A DNA stretch of 64,000 nucleotides from Gaiellaceae bacterium (lineage in GTDB: Bacteria; Actinomycetota; Thermoleophilia; Gaiellales; Gaiellaceae): contig DATBLE010000012.1 in assembly GCA_036555585.1 (NCBI GenBank), positions 3,133 through 67,132 on the forward strand, read 5' to 3'. Shown one piece after another: positions 25,470 to 34,773 of this stretch. A program made the translations under genes and the position numbers. Under the pieces are notes generated by a model. That model was not told the DNA's origin, did no database searches, and saw nothing but the letters and a program-made list of their open reading frames with translations. The first letter of the stretch is position 1. Each line of letters opens with the position of its first letter.

Positions 25470-25484
25470 GGACCCAGGGTAGCG

Positions 25485-25847
25485 CTACGCGGCGACGTCG
25501 AGGATGGCGACCACCAGCTCGGCGGCGATCCGGTCCTTGGTCATGTACCCGGCCGCACCCGCCGTGCGGGCGGCGTCCACGTCCTCCTGGGCGTCCGAGC
25601 CGGTCAGCATCAGCACGCGCGCGCGCTTGGTGCCGACGATCTTGCGCGTCGCCTCGACCCCGTTCATCCCCGGCATGCTGATGTCCATCAGCACCACGTC
25701 CGGCTCGAGGTCGTCGGTCTGCGTGACGGCGTCCTCGCCCGAGGCGGCGAGGCCGACGACCTCGATCCGCTCGTCGGCGGACAGCATGGCGCGCAGAGCC
25801 TCGGCGAAGAGCAGATGATCGTCTGCGATCAACACCCTGACTGACAC
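25485..25847 (-). CDS. Stand-alone response-regulator receiver domain (CheY-like, NarL-type receiver)
   Basis: 120 aa. VLIADDH, VVLMDISMPGMNG and LMLTGSD..AGAAGYMTKD. No output domain. Confidence 0.85.
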   Translation of the reverse strand: MSVRVLIADDHLLFAEALRAMLSADERIEVVGLAASGEDAVTQTDDLEPDVVLMDISMPGMNGVEATRKIVGTKRARVLMLTGSDAQEDVDAARTAGAAGYMTKDRIAAELVVAILDVAA

Positions 25848-25895
25848 GGCTCCCCCATTGGAACAGAATCGGTCGAAAAGAGGAAGGGGTGAATC

Positions 25896-26096
25896 GTGCA
25901 GGACGCGCGCGAACGGATCCAGAAGCTGCTGATCACCGGAGACAACAGGCTCAAGCAGGGAGTCGCGCCCGAGAAGGTGCGCGCGACCTACGAGGAAGCG
26001 CTCGAGCTCGCCCGCGAGGCGGGGCTGGAGGATCGAATCAAGCCGCTGGTGGACGTGCGGCTGGCCGATCTCGATCGCCGGTCGGCCAGCTCCTGA
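25896..26096 (+). CDS. Hypothetical small helical protein (66 aa)
   Basis: GTG 25896 after GGAAGGGG; plausible composition; no family recognised. Confidence 0.45.
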   Translation: MQDARERIQKLLITGDNRLKQGVAPEKVRATYEEALELAREAGLEDRIKPLVDVRLADLDRRSASS

Positions 26097-26165
26097 TCCA
26101 TCCGGATCTCATGCGACCCTGAGCGCCGACGCGTCCAACGGCTGCTCGGGATCAAGGAGACCTTC

Positions 26166-26909
26166 ATGAACAAGCAGATGCAACAGTTGCTGGCCGAGGT
26201 TTTCGGCACCTTCGTGCTGGTGTTCGTCGGCGCCACCGCCGTCGCCGCCTGGGGCGGGAAGGCAAGTGGCGGGAGCGTGGCCCCTTTCGCTTTCGGCATC
26301 GGCCTGCTCGCCGCCCTCTACATGTTCGCGGAGACTTCCGGAGGACATTTCAACCCGATCGTCTCCCTGGCGATGTTCCTCGACCGGCGTCTGGGCGCGC
26401 GCGAGGTCGTGCCCTACTGGATCGCGCAGTTCGTCGGCGCGGTGCTCGCCGGGCTTGCACTGTTGCTGATGTCCTCGAGCGGCACCGTCGCTCTGGCGGC
26501 GACCGTGCCCGGGTCGCACGGCGTCCGCGGCGCCTTCTTCGCCGAGATCTTCTGCTCGGCGATCTTCGTGATCGTCATCCTGGCGGTGACGAAGAGCGAG
26601 GCATCGCGGAGCACCGTCTACGTGGCGATCGGACTCTCGCTACTCGCGATCCACTTCGCGATCGTCCCGTTCAGCGGCTCGTCGGTGAACCCGGCGCGGA
26701 GCTTCGGCACCGCCCTCATCGGCAACAGGTGGACCGACTTCTGGATCTACATCATCGCCCCGCCGCTCGGAGCGATCCTGGGCTGGCTGATCTACACGAT
26801 CGTCGTCAGGGGCCGCACGGACATCCGAGGCGACCTCGAGGCGATGCGCACCGACTTCTCCCGCCCCGGGCCGGATCCCGGGTCGCCCGGCGGCACCGCT
26901 GCCTCCTAG
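26166..26909 (+). CDS. MIP-family channel (aquaporin/glycerol facilitator)
   Basis: 247 aa; AAGGAG SD. Two half-helix motifs, SGGHFNPIVS and SGSSVNPARS. Confidence 0.9.
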   Translation: MNKQMQQLLAEVFGTFVLVFVGATAVAAWGGKASGGSVAPFAFGIGLLAALYMFAETSGGHFNPIVSLAMFLDRRLGAREVVPYWIAQFVGAVLAGLALLLMSSSGTVALAATVPGSHGVRGAFFAEIFCSAIFVIVILAVTKSEASRSTVYVAIGLSLLAIHFAIVPFSGSSVNPARSFGTALIGNRWTDFWIYIIAPPLGAILGWLIYTIVVRGRTDIRGDLEAMRTDFSRPGPDPGSPGGTAAS

Positions 26910-27913
26910 CCACTCCGCCTGGAGAGGGCCGCGCCCGCGGCTCTCTCCAGGATCGCCTCGACCCGCTCGGCCTGGCGCCTGACGTCGTGCTCGGCGGCCG
27001 CCGCGACCGCCGCGTCGTTCGGGCAGGGAAGCTCGGCCGCCCGGCGGAGGCCGTCCAGGATCGCGTCCTCGTCGAGCGGGTCGACGAGCACGCCTGCCGC
27101 GGGCGGGACGAACTCGGGAGGGCCGCCCACCTCGGTGGCGACCACCGGGCGTCCCGCCGCGAGCGCCTCCAGCAGCGACTGGCCGAAGGGCTCGACGAGG
27201 CTCGGCCCGCAGACGACGTGCGCCGCGGCGATCCGGCTCGCGATCTCGGCGTGCGGAACGGTGCCGACGAGCTCGATTCCCGGCCGGCCCACGAGCCGCT
27301 GCCGCAGCGGCCCGTCGCCGACGAAGGCAAGGGTGCCCTCGCCGAGCCGCTCGAAGGCGCCCGCGAGCCGGAGGACGTTCTTGCGCTCGGTCAGCGAGCC
27401 GACGCAGAGGTACGCCGGCGGGCCCGAGGGCGCGGGCAGCGGCCGGAACCGCTCGAGGTCGACGCCGCAGTCCACGACCTCGACCTTGCCGCGCGCGTCG
27501 GGCACCTTCGCCTCCAGGTCGCGGCGAAGCCAGTCGGAGACGGCGACCACGGCGGCCGCCCGGCGGACGACGTGGCGGGTGGCGGAGGCGATCCCGAGCC
27601 GGGTGCCGACGTTCGCCACGTCCTGGCCGTGCGCCGTGACCACGAGCGGCGCTCGCGACGCGAGCGCGCCGGCGAGACCGGCCGGGACGAGGAAATGCGC
27701 GTAGACGACGTCGGGCCGGAACCGGCGGGCGCCCGACCTCACGTCCCGCAGAAGCCGGATCGAGCGGGCGTGGCCGCCGTCCCGCCGGTCGATCACGGCC
27801 CGCTCGAGCTCGTGACCGCGCTCGACGAGCGCCCGCTCGAGCTGGGCGACGAACACGCCGAAGTCGGGATCGCCCGGCCCCGGGTACATCTGGGAGACGA
27901 GCAGGATCTTCAC
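26906..27913 (-). CDS. Family 4 glycosyltransferase
   Basis: Trimmed to GTG 27913 (VKILLVSQMYPGPGDPDFGVFV). E-x7-E region PSLVEPFGQSLLEALAAGRPVVAT. Stop overlaps the aquaporin stop (convergent). Confidence 0.85.
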   Translation of the reverse strand: MKILLVSQMYPGPGDPDFGVFVAQLERALVERGHELERAVIDRRDGGHARSIRLLRDVRSGARRFRPDVVYAHFLVPAGLAGALASRAPLVVTAHGQDVANVGTRLGIASATRHVVRRAAAVVAVSDWLRRDLEAKVPDARGKVEVVDCGVDLERFRPLPAPSGPPAYLCVGSLTERKNVLRLAGAFERLGEGTLAFVGDGPLRQRLVGRPGIELVGTVPHAEIASRIAAAHVVCGPSLVEPFGQSLLEALAAGRPVVATEVGGPPEFVPPAAGVLVDPLDEDAILDGLRRAAELPCPNDAAVAAAAEHDVRRQAERVEAILERAAGAALSRRSG

Positions 27914-28101
27914 GCTCGGAGTGTGACGAGCGGCAGGCCGAGGTGCTCGCGCTTCGGCTGCGCCGGTCGTGGCCCGTCCGGACCATCCGTTCTGCGGCCG
28001 ATTTTCCACAGTCCCTGCACTTCGGGCGGTTTTCGGGGTCAGACCCCCACGGGAACGTCACGAAAGTCGCGCAGAAGCGTCGCGGCTCGTCCCCAGCTTC
28101 G

Positions 28102-29685
28102 TCAGGATCGCTGCGCGTCGTAGGTGCCCCACTCGTCGCGCAGCACGTTGCAGATCTCGCCGACCGTGCACAGCGCTCGCAACGCCTCGCGCATCGGCGG
28201 GATCAGGTTCCCGTCATCGCCGGCGACGCGCCGTACCTCCGCGAGCGCCCGCCGGGCGGCCGCGGCGTCGCGCTCGGCCCGAACGCGTGCGGTGCGGTCG
28301 AGCTGGCGGCGCTCGATCGCGGGATCGAGATGGTGGAGCTCGACCTGCTCGCCCTCCTCGACCTCCGCGAAGCGGTTGACGCCCACGAGCACGCGGTCGC
28401 CTGCTTCCACCTGCTGCGCGTACCGGTATGCGGCCTCCTCGATCTCGGCCTGCACGAAGCCCTGCTCGACCGCCGCGACCGCGCCGCCGAGCTCCTCCAC
28501 GCGGTCGATCAGCTCGAGCGCGCTCGCCTCGAGCTCGACGGTCAGCTCCTCGACGAAGTACGCCCCGCCGAGCGGGTCGGCGGTGTCGGTCGCGCCGGCC
28601 TCGTGCCGGAGGATCTGCTGGGTCCTGAGCGCGATCCGCGCCGCGTGCTCGGTCGGCAGCGCCAGCGCCTCGTCGAACGAGTTCGTGTGCAGCGACTGCG
28701 CGCCGCCGCACACGGCCGAGAGCGCCTGGATCGCGACGCGCACGATGTTGTTCTCGGGCTGCTGGGCGGTGAGCGTCGAGCCGCCCGTCTGCGCGTGGAA
28801 GCGCAGGGCGAGCGCCCGCTCGTTCGTGACGCCGAGCCGCTCTCGAAGCAGCTTCGCCCACAACCGCCGCGCAGCCCGGAACTTCGCCACCTCCTGGAAG
28901 AAGTGGTTGTGGGCGTTGAAGAAGAAGGAGAGGCGCTCGCCGAAGTCGTCCGGCGCCAGGCCCGCGTCGGCCGCCGCCCGGCAGTAGGCGAGCCCGTTCG
29001 CGAGCGTGAAGGCGATCTCCTCGACGGCGGTCGAGCCGGCCTCGCGGATGTGGTAGCCCGAGATCGAGATCACGTTCCAGCTCGGCAGGCGCTCGGCGCA
29101 GTAGGCGAACAGGTCGGTGGTCAGCCGCATCGACGGCCGCGGCGGGAAGATGTAGTTCCCGCGGGCGACGTACTCCTTGAGGATGTCGTTCTGGACGGTG
29201 CCGCGGAGCCTGTCTCCCCCGACCCCCTGGCCCTCCGCGACCAGCTCGTAGAGGAGCAGCAGCAGCGAGGCGGGCGCGTTGATCGTCATCGAGGTCGAGA
29301 CCTCGCCGAGCGGGATGCCGTCCAGCAGCAGCTCCATGTCGGCGAGCGAGTCGATCGCGACGCCGGTGCGGCCGACCTCACCGGCCGCGCGGGGGTCGTC
29401 GGAGTCGAGTCCGAGCTGGGTGGGGAGGTCGAACGCGGTCGAGAGCCCTGTCTGTCCCCGCTCGAGCAGGTAGCGGAAGCGCGTGTTCGTGTCCTCGGCC
29501 GAGCCGAAGCCGGCGTACTGGCGGATCGTCCACGGGCGGCCGCGGTACATCGTCGGATAGGGCCCGCGCGTGAACGGAAACTCGCCCGGCAGCTCGAGCG
29601 CGAGCCCGGAGACGTCCTCGGCCGTGTAGACCGGCTTCACCTCGATGCCCGACTCGGTCTCCCGCCGGTCGTCCGTCGTCGCCAC
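28102..29685 (-). CDS. Methylmalonyl-CoA mutase family, large catalytic subunit (no B12-binding domain)
   Basis: 527 aa. FPFTRGPYPTMYRGRPWTIRQYAGFGSAEDTNTRFRYLLERGQTGLSTAFDLPTQLG..GVAIDSL. Tyr in RQYAGF as in MCM rather than ICM (from memory). Confidence 0.9.
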   Translation of the reverse strand: MATTDDRRETESGIEVKPVYTAEDVSGLALELPGEFPFTRGPYPTMYRGRPWTIRQYAGFGSAEDTNTRFRYLLERGQTGLSTAFDLPTQLGLDSDDPRAAGEVGRTGVAIDSLADMELLLDGIPLGEVSTSMTINAPASLLLLLYELVAEGQGVGGDRLRGTVQNDILKEYVARGNYIFPPRPSMRLTTDLFAYCAERLPSWNVISISGYHIREAGSTAVEEIAFTLANGLAYCRAAADAGLAPDDFGERLSFFFNAHNHFFQEVAKFRAARRLWAKLLRERLGVTNERALALRFHAQTGGSTLTAQQPENNIVRVAIQALSAVCGGAQSLHTNSFDEALALPTEHAARIALRTQQILRHEAGATDTADPLGGAYFVEELTVELEASALELIDRVEELGGAVAAVEQGFVQAEIEEAAYRYAQQVEAGDRVLVGVNRFAEVEEGEQVELHHLDPAIERRQLDRTARVRAERDAAAARRALAEVRRVAGDDGNLIPPMREALRALCTVGEICNVLRDEWGTYDAQRS

Positions 29686-29738
29686 GCCGTGATCCTATGC
29701 CCGCGCCGCAGCGCCCCACCGCAGGCGCACGACCCTGT

Positions 29739-31535
29739 CTAGGCCGGTGCAAGCTCCGCGTCGCGGCTGACGAGCAACGCGTACCGCCCGCCCCGGGCGA
29801 GCAGCTCCTCGTGCCGGCCGATCTCGACGACCCGGCCGTGGTCGAGCACGACGATCTGGTCGGCGTCGCGCACCGTCGAGAGCCGGTGGGCGATCGCGAT
29901 CGTCGTCCTGCCCTCGGCGAGGCCGTCGAGCGCGTCCTGCACGAGCCGCTCGGTCTCGGTGTCGAGCGAGGAGGTGGCCTCGTCGAGCACGAGGATCGGC
30001 GGGTTGCGGAGGATCGTGCGGGCGATCGCGATCCGCTGCCGCTCGCCCCCCGAGAAGCGGTGGCCGCGCTCGCCGACGACCGTGTCGTAGCCCTCCGGCA
30101 GGCCGGCGATCACGTGGTGGATGCGCGCGGCGCGGGCGGCCGCCTCCAGCTCGGAGCCGGTCGCGTCCGGCTTGGCGTAGCGCAGGTTCTCGGCCACGGA
30201 CGCGTGGAAGAGGTACGTCTCCTGCGAGACCACGCCGACGAGGTCGGAGAGCGCCTTGAAGGAGAGGTCGCGGACGTCGACGCCGCCGATCCGCACCGAT
30301 CCCCGCCCGACGTCGTACAGCCGCGCGGTCAGGTAGGCGAGCGTCGTCTTCCCCGAGCCGGTCTCGCCGACCAGCGCCGTCGTCGTCCCGGCCGCGACGG
30401 TGAAGTCGACGTCCTCGAGCGTCCAGGCCTCTCCGTACCCGAACCAGACGTGGTCGAAGTCGACGTCGCCCGGCTCGATCTCGTCGAGCGCGTCGGGCTT
30501 CTCGACGATGTCGACCGGCTCGTCCAGGTACTCGAAGATGCGGTCGAAGAGCGCGAGCGAGGTCTGCACGTCGAGGCTCACGCCCAGCAGGGAGCCGATC
30601 GGGAAGAAGAGCCGCGTCTGCAACGTCGTGAACGCGACGAGCATCGCCACCGACACGGACTGGGAGCCGTGTGCGAGCGCGAGGCCGCCGAACCAGTAGA
30701 CCGCGGCCGGCATGATCGCGAAGCTCGTCTGGATCGAGGCCATCACCCAGCGGCCGGCCATGCGCTGCCGGACCTCGAGCTCGGCGAGCCGCAGCGAGTC
30801 CGACTCGAACCGGTCGGCGAGCTCGCCGCCGCGGCCCATCGTCTTGCCGAGCAGGATCCCGGAGACCGAGAGCGACTCCTGCACCTGGCTCGAGATGTCC
30901 GCCAGCGTCTCCTGCGTCGTCTTCGCGATCCGCCGGCGCTCGTTCCCCACCCGCCTGGTCAGGAGCACGAAGATCGGGATCAGCGCGAGGGCGAACAGCG
31001 CCAGCTGCCAGCTCAGGAGCAGCATGCCCACGACGGTCGCGGCGACCGTGGTCACGTTCGAGGCGATCGAGGTCGCCGTGTTCGTGACCACGCTCTGCAC
31101 CCCGCCGATGTCGTTCTGGATCCGCGACTGCGTCTCGCCCGTGCGCGTGCGCGTGAAGAAGGCCAGCGAGAGCCGCTGCAGGTGGCGGAAGACGGCGGCG
31201 CGCAGGTCGTGCATGACCCGCTGGCCGACCTGGTTCGAGAGCAGCGTCTGGATCACCCCGAGGGCGCCGGTGACGATCGCGATCGCGATCATCCCGGCCG
31301 CCGCCCACGAGAGCGCGGACGTGTCGTTCTCGCCGATCGCCTCGAGGACGCGCTTCAGCAGGAAGGCCGGGACGACGCCGAGCGCCGCCGACACGACGAT
31401 CAGCGCCAGGAGGCCGGAGAGCCGGAGCCAGTAGGGCGTGAACAGCGCGCCGACCCTGCGCAGGTTCGCGCGACGCTGCTCGGGGTCCGCCGTGCGCACG
31501 GGCGCCTCGGCGGCAGAGTGGAAGAACATGCCCAT
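29739..31535 (-). CDS. ABC exporter, fused permease/ATPase (MsbA-like)
   Basis: Trimmed to ATG 31535. Six-TM region, Walker A GETGSGKTT, signature FSGGERQRIAIAR, Walker B ILVLDEATS. Confidence 0.9.
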   Translation of the reverse strand: MGMFFHSAAEAPVRTADPEQRRANLRRVGALFTPYWLRLSGLLALIVVSAALGVVPAFLLKRVLEAIGENDTSALSWAAAGMIAIAIVTGALGVIQTLLSNQVGQRVMHDLRAAVFRHLQRLSLAFFTRTRTGETQSRIQNDIGGVQSVVTNTATSIASNVTTVAATVVGMLLLSWQLALFALALIPIFVLLTRRVGNERRRIAKTTQETLADISSQVQESLSVSGILLGKTMGRGGELADRFESDSLRLAELEVRQRMAGRWVMASIQTSFAIMPAAVYWFGGLALAHGSQSVSVAMLVAFTTLQTRLFFPIGSLLGVSLDVQTSLALFDRIFEYLDEPVDIVEKPDALDEIEPGDVDFDHVWFGYGEAWTLEDVDFTVAAGTTTALVGETGSGKTTLAYLTARLYDVGRGSVRIGGVDVRDLSFKALSDLVGVVSQETYLFHASVAENLRYAKPDATGSELEAAARAARIHHVIAGLPEGYDTVVGERGHRFSGGERQRIAIARTILRNPPILVLDEATSSLDTETERLVQDALDGLAEGRTTIAIAHRLSTVRDADQIVVLDHGRVVEIGRHEELLARGGRYALLVSRDAELAPA

Positions 31536-31559
31536 CTGCTCTGAGCGTACTGTTCGGAC

Positions 31560-32198
31560 ATGGTCGTCCACGTGCGCCTGTTCGCCGGGCTGCGCGAGCG
31601 CGCCGGGTGGTCCCGGCGCGAACTCGAGCTCGGCGAGGGGTCTCGGGTGGCGGATGTCTGGCCGCTGCTCGACCTCGGCGAGGAGCCGTCCGGCCTCCTG
31701 TACGCGGTCGACCACGAGTACGCCGACCGGGATCGCGAGCTCGTCTCGGGCGACGAGGTGGCGCTGATCCCGCCGGTCTCGGGCGGGGCGTTCCGGCTCA
31801 CCGACCGTCCGATCGACCCGAACGCGGTGGTCGAGGAGGTGGCCGACGACCGGGCGGGAGCGATCGCCACGTTCGTGGGCACGACCCGCGACCGCTCACG
31901 CGGCCGCACCGTCCACTACCTCGACTACGAGGCGTACGGCGGCATGGCCGAGAAGGTCATGGCCGAGCTGGCCGACGAGCTGAAGGCGAAGCACGACCTC
32001 TGCGCCGTCGCGATCACGCACCGCGTCGGCCGGGTCGAGATCGGCGAGATCTCGGTCGCGATCGCCGTCTCCGCCCCCCACCGCGCGGCCGCGCTGGCCG
32101 CCTGCGCCGAGGCGATCGACACGCTCAAGGAGACCGTGCCGCTCTGGAAGAAGGAGGTCTACGAGGGCGGCGAGGAGTGGATCGGACGAGGTTCCTGA
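31560..32198 (+). CDS. Fused molybdopterin synthase MoaD-MoaE (MoaX-like)
   Basis: Residues 1-76 form a MoaD ubiquitin-like domain ending ..ALIPPVSGG. The remainder is MoaE (GAIATFVGTTRD..VHYLDYEAY..AITHRVG.VEIGE.SV.IAVSAPHR..A..ID.LK..VP.WKKE). Confidence 0.85.
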   Translation: MVVHVRLFAGLRERAGWSRRELELGEGSRVADVWPLLDLGEEPSGLLYAVDHEYADRDRELVSGDEVALIPPVSGGAFRLTDRPIDPNAVVEEVADDRAGAIATFVGTTRDRSRGRTVHYLDYEAYGGMAEKVMAELADELKAKHDLCAVAITHRVGRVEIGEISVAIAVSAPHRAAALAACAEAIDTLKETVPLWKKEVYEGGEEWIGRGS

Positions 32199-32225
32199 CC
32201 GAGGCTCGCGGCTACCATCATCGGG

Positions 32226-33185
32226 ATGGAGCGGATGGCCCACCCGGGATGGTGCGAGAACCTCGTCAGGGCCGGCGGGCTGAAGCCGGACGAGCGCGTG
32301 CTGGTCGTCGTCGACGAGCCGCTGCTCGAGGAGGGGGCCCAGCTGGCGGCGGCCGTCAAGGACGCGGGCGGCGAGCCGCGCCTCGAGCTCTGGGGAGGCG
32401 AGCGGCCGCTGGCCGATCCTCCGCCCGGCGTGCTCGAAGGCGGGCACCGGGCCGACCTCTCGTTCTTCATCTCGCAGGCCCCGCGCGGCGACGAGGCCGG
32501 GGCGCGCTTCCAGCTGATGGAGGCGGTGATCGGCAACGGCGGCCGGCAGATCTTCATGGGCCTCGTCGACGGCGAGCTCCTGCGCGGCGAGCTCTCCGAG
32601 CCTCCTGCCGACGTGGCCGAGGCGGCGGAGCAGCTGCTGGCGCAGCTACGCGGCGCCGAGACGATCCGGGTCCGCGGCCGGGCGGGAACGGATCTCACGC
32701 TGCGGGTCGGCGGTCGCCCGTGGAAGACCGACGCGGGCGAGCTCGTCCCCGGCGAGACCGCCAACTTCCCGGGCGGCGAGGTCTTCGTCGCGCCGCACGC
32801 CGACGGCGCCGACGGCGTGCTCGTCGCCGACCTGACGGTGCCGTATACGGTCGAGGGCCTGGTCGACGAGCCGGTCACGCTGCGGTTCGAGCGAGGCCGG
32901 GTGACCTCGATCGAGGGAGGCCGCGCCGCCGGGATGCTCCGCGAGCTGGTCGAGGAAGCCGGCCCCGGTGCGGACGTGATCGCCGAGCTGGGGATCGGGC
33001 TCAACCACGCCCTCGTCCCGCGCGGCCACGTGATGCTGGACGAGAAGGCGGGCGGAACCGCCCACGTCGCGATCGGCCGCAACACCGGCGCCTACGGCGG
33101 CGACAACGAGGCGACCATCCACGTCGACTGCATCTTCTCCTCCCCCGAGGTCGAGGCCGACGGCCGTCCGGTCGATATCCCGTAG
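32226..33185 (+). CDS. M29-family (AmpS/PepS-like) aminopeptidase
   Basis: 319 aa. GTDLTLRVGGRPW..ANFPGGEVFVAPHADGADGVLVAD..LRFERGRVTSIEG..GIGLN..GGTAHVAIG. Confidence 0.7.
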   Translation: MERMAHPGWCENLVRAGGLKPDERVLVVVDEPLLEEGAQLAAAVKDAGGEPRLELWGGERPLADPPPGVLEGGHRADLSFFISQAPRGDEAGARFQLMEAVIGNGGRQIFMGLVDGELLRGELSEPPADVAEAAEQLLAQLRGAETIRVRGRAGTDLTLRVGGRPWKTDAGELVPGETANFPGGEVFVAPHADGADGVLVADLTVPYTVEGLVDEPVTLRFERGRVTSIEGGRAAGMLRELVEEAGPGADVIAELGIGLNHALVPRGHVMLDEKAGGTAHVAIGRNTGAYGGDNEATIHVDCIFSSPEVEADGRPVDIP

Positions 33186-33316
33186 ATGAGGAGGACTTGG
33201 CAGAACATGGCTGTGTCGCCAGAACACGCTGGGCAGCCGATCTGCGGCGTCCTCAGTCGCCCCGATAGTTATCCACTATCGAGGCTCCCTGCGTCCTTGC
33301 ATCTCGACCACCCAGC

Positions 33317-34012
33317 GTGTCCCGGCGACGAGCAACGTTCCACGAAGTCCTCCTGATGGGCATGCAGCCGGAGATCCCCGAGCGCGAGTACCGCCCGATC
33401 CACCCCGAGCCTGCCTGGCGCTCGGTCGCGCGGAAGATCTGGGCGCCGATCGCCGTCCTCCTCGGCCTGATCGTCAAGTTCGGCTTCGCCTTCGCCAAGT
33501 TCGCGACGATCTTCGTCGCCGTCGCCGCGTACGCACTGCTCTGGCCCTGGCAGTTCGCGGTCGGCTTCGTGCTGCTGATCCTCGTGCACGAGCTCGGGCA
33601 CTTCGTCGAAGCGCGACGCCGCGGGTTCAACGCCGCGTGGCCGGTCTTCATCCCGTTCCTGGGCGCCTACGTCGCGATCCGCGACGCCCGGATGAACCCG
33701 TGGCAGAGCTTCTGGGTCTCGTTCGCAGGGCCGTTCTGGGGCAGTGTCGGCGCGGCGCTGGTCTGGGGCGTCGGCGAGCAGGACGGGTCGCAGCTGCTCC
33801 AGGCGCTCGGCTACGTGGGCTTCCTGCTCAACCTGTTCAACCTGATCCCGATCGGCATCCTCGACGGGGGCTCGATGTGGCGGGCGATCAAGACGATGCG
33901 CCTGGGCGGCACGCCCGGCAAGGCGCAGCTCGCCACGGCCGCCTACCTCGGCCTCGCCGCGCTGCTCGTGATCGGGATGTTTGCCGCCCACGTGCCGCAG
34001 CACCGCCTCTAG
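33317..34012 (+). CDS. M50-family (site-2 protease-like) membrane zinc metalloprotease
   Basis: Multi-TM; HExxH in LLILVHELGHFVEARR; second conserved block FLLNLFNLIPIGILDGG. Start uncertain (33317 or 33356). Confidence 0.75.
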   Translation: MSRRRATFHEVLLMGMQPEIPEREYRPIHPEPAWRSVARKIWAPIAVLLGLIVKFGFAFAKFATIFVAVAAYALLWPWQFAVGFVLLILVHELGHFVEARRRGFNAAWPVFIPFLGAYVAIRDARMNPWQSFWVSFAGPFWGSVGAALVWGVGEQDGSQLLQALGYVGFLLNLFNLIPIGILDGGSMWRAIKTMRLGGTPGKAQLATAAYLGLAALLVIGMFAAHVPQHRL

Positions 34013-34017
34013 CGAGC

Positions 34018-34722
34018 GTGGCCGTCGACCGCCGCATCCTCGAGCACGACCACGGGGAGATCGCCGAGCACGTGGCGCTGATCGCCGCCGAGTTGCGCAA
34101 GGGGTTCGAGTCCGTCGAGCGGATCCCTCGGCCCGCCGTGACCGTCTTCGGCTCGGCGAGGGCGACACGGAGAGACGGTGAGTACGAGCAGGCCCGTGCC
34201 TGCGGGCGGGCGCTCGCACAGGCCGGGTTCGCGGTCGTCACCGGAGGCGGGCCAGGCGTGATGGAGGCGGTCAACCGGGGAGCGAAGGAGGCGGGCGGCT
34301 ACTCGGTCGGCTTCAACGTCGAGCTGCCGCACGAGCAGGCGCCCAACCCCTACGTCGACCTCGGCGTCACGTTCAACCACTTCTACGCGCGCAAGGTGAT
34401 GCTCGTGAAGGCGGCCGAGGGGTTCGTGCTCTTCCCCGGCGGGTTCGGCACGCTGGACGAGCTGTTCGAGTCGCTGACGTTGATCCAGACCGACAAGGTG
34501 CGCGAGTTCCCGGTCTCGCTGATCGGCGTGGACTACTGGCGGGGCCTGCTCGAGTGGATCGCCGCCTCTCCGCTCGCCGAGCACAAGATCTCGCCCGAGG
34601 ACATGAACCTGCTGCGGGTGACCGACGACGTGCAGGAGGCCGTGGACGCGGCCCGCGAGTACTGGCTGCGCATGCGCGTCGAGCCGCCGGTGCACGAGCC
34701 CGAGAAGGCCGACGCGCAGTAG
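34018..34722 (+). CDS. LOG-family nucleotide phosphoribohydrolase (TIGR00730)
   Basis: GTG 34018. VTVFGSAR, VVTGGGPGVMEA and the PGGFGTLDELFE motif. Confidence 0.85.
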   Translation: MAVDRRILEHDHGEIAEHVALIAAELRKGFESVERIPRPAVTVFGSARATRRDGEYEQARACGRALAQAGFAVVTGGGPGVMEAVNRGAKEAGGYSVGFNVELPHEQAPNPYVDLGVTFNHFYARKVMLVKAAEGFVLFPGGFGTLDELFESLTLIQTDKVREFPVSLIGVDYWRGLLEWIAASPLAEHKISPEDMNLLRVTDDVQEAVDAAREYWLRMRVEPPVHEPEKADAQ

Positions 34723-34773
34723 GTTCCCGCGCGGTTCGGGGGATAGCCCCACCCCCGGAAACCGGCCGGCACC

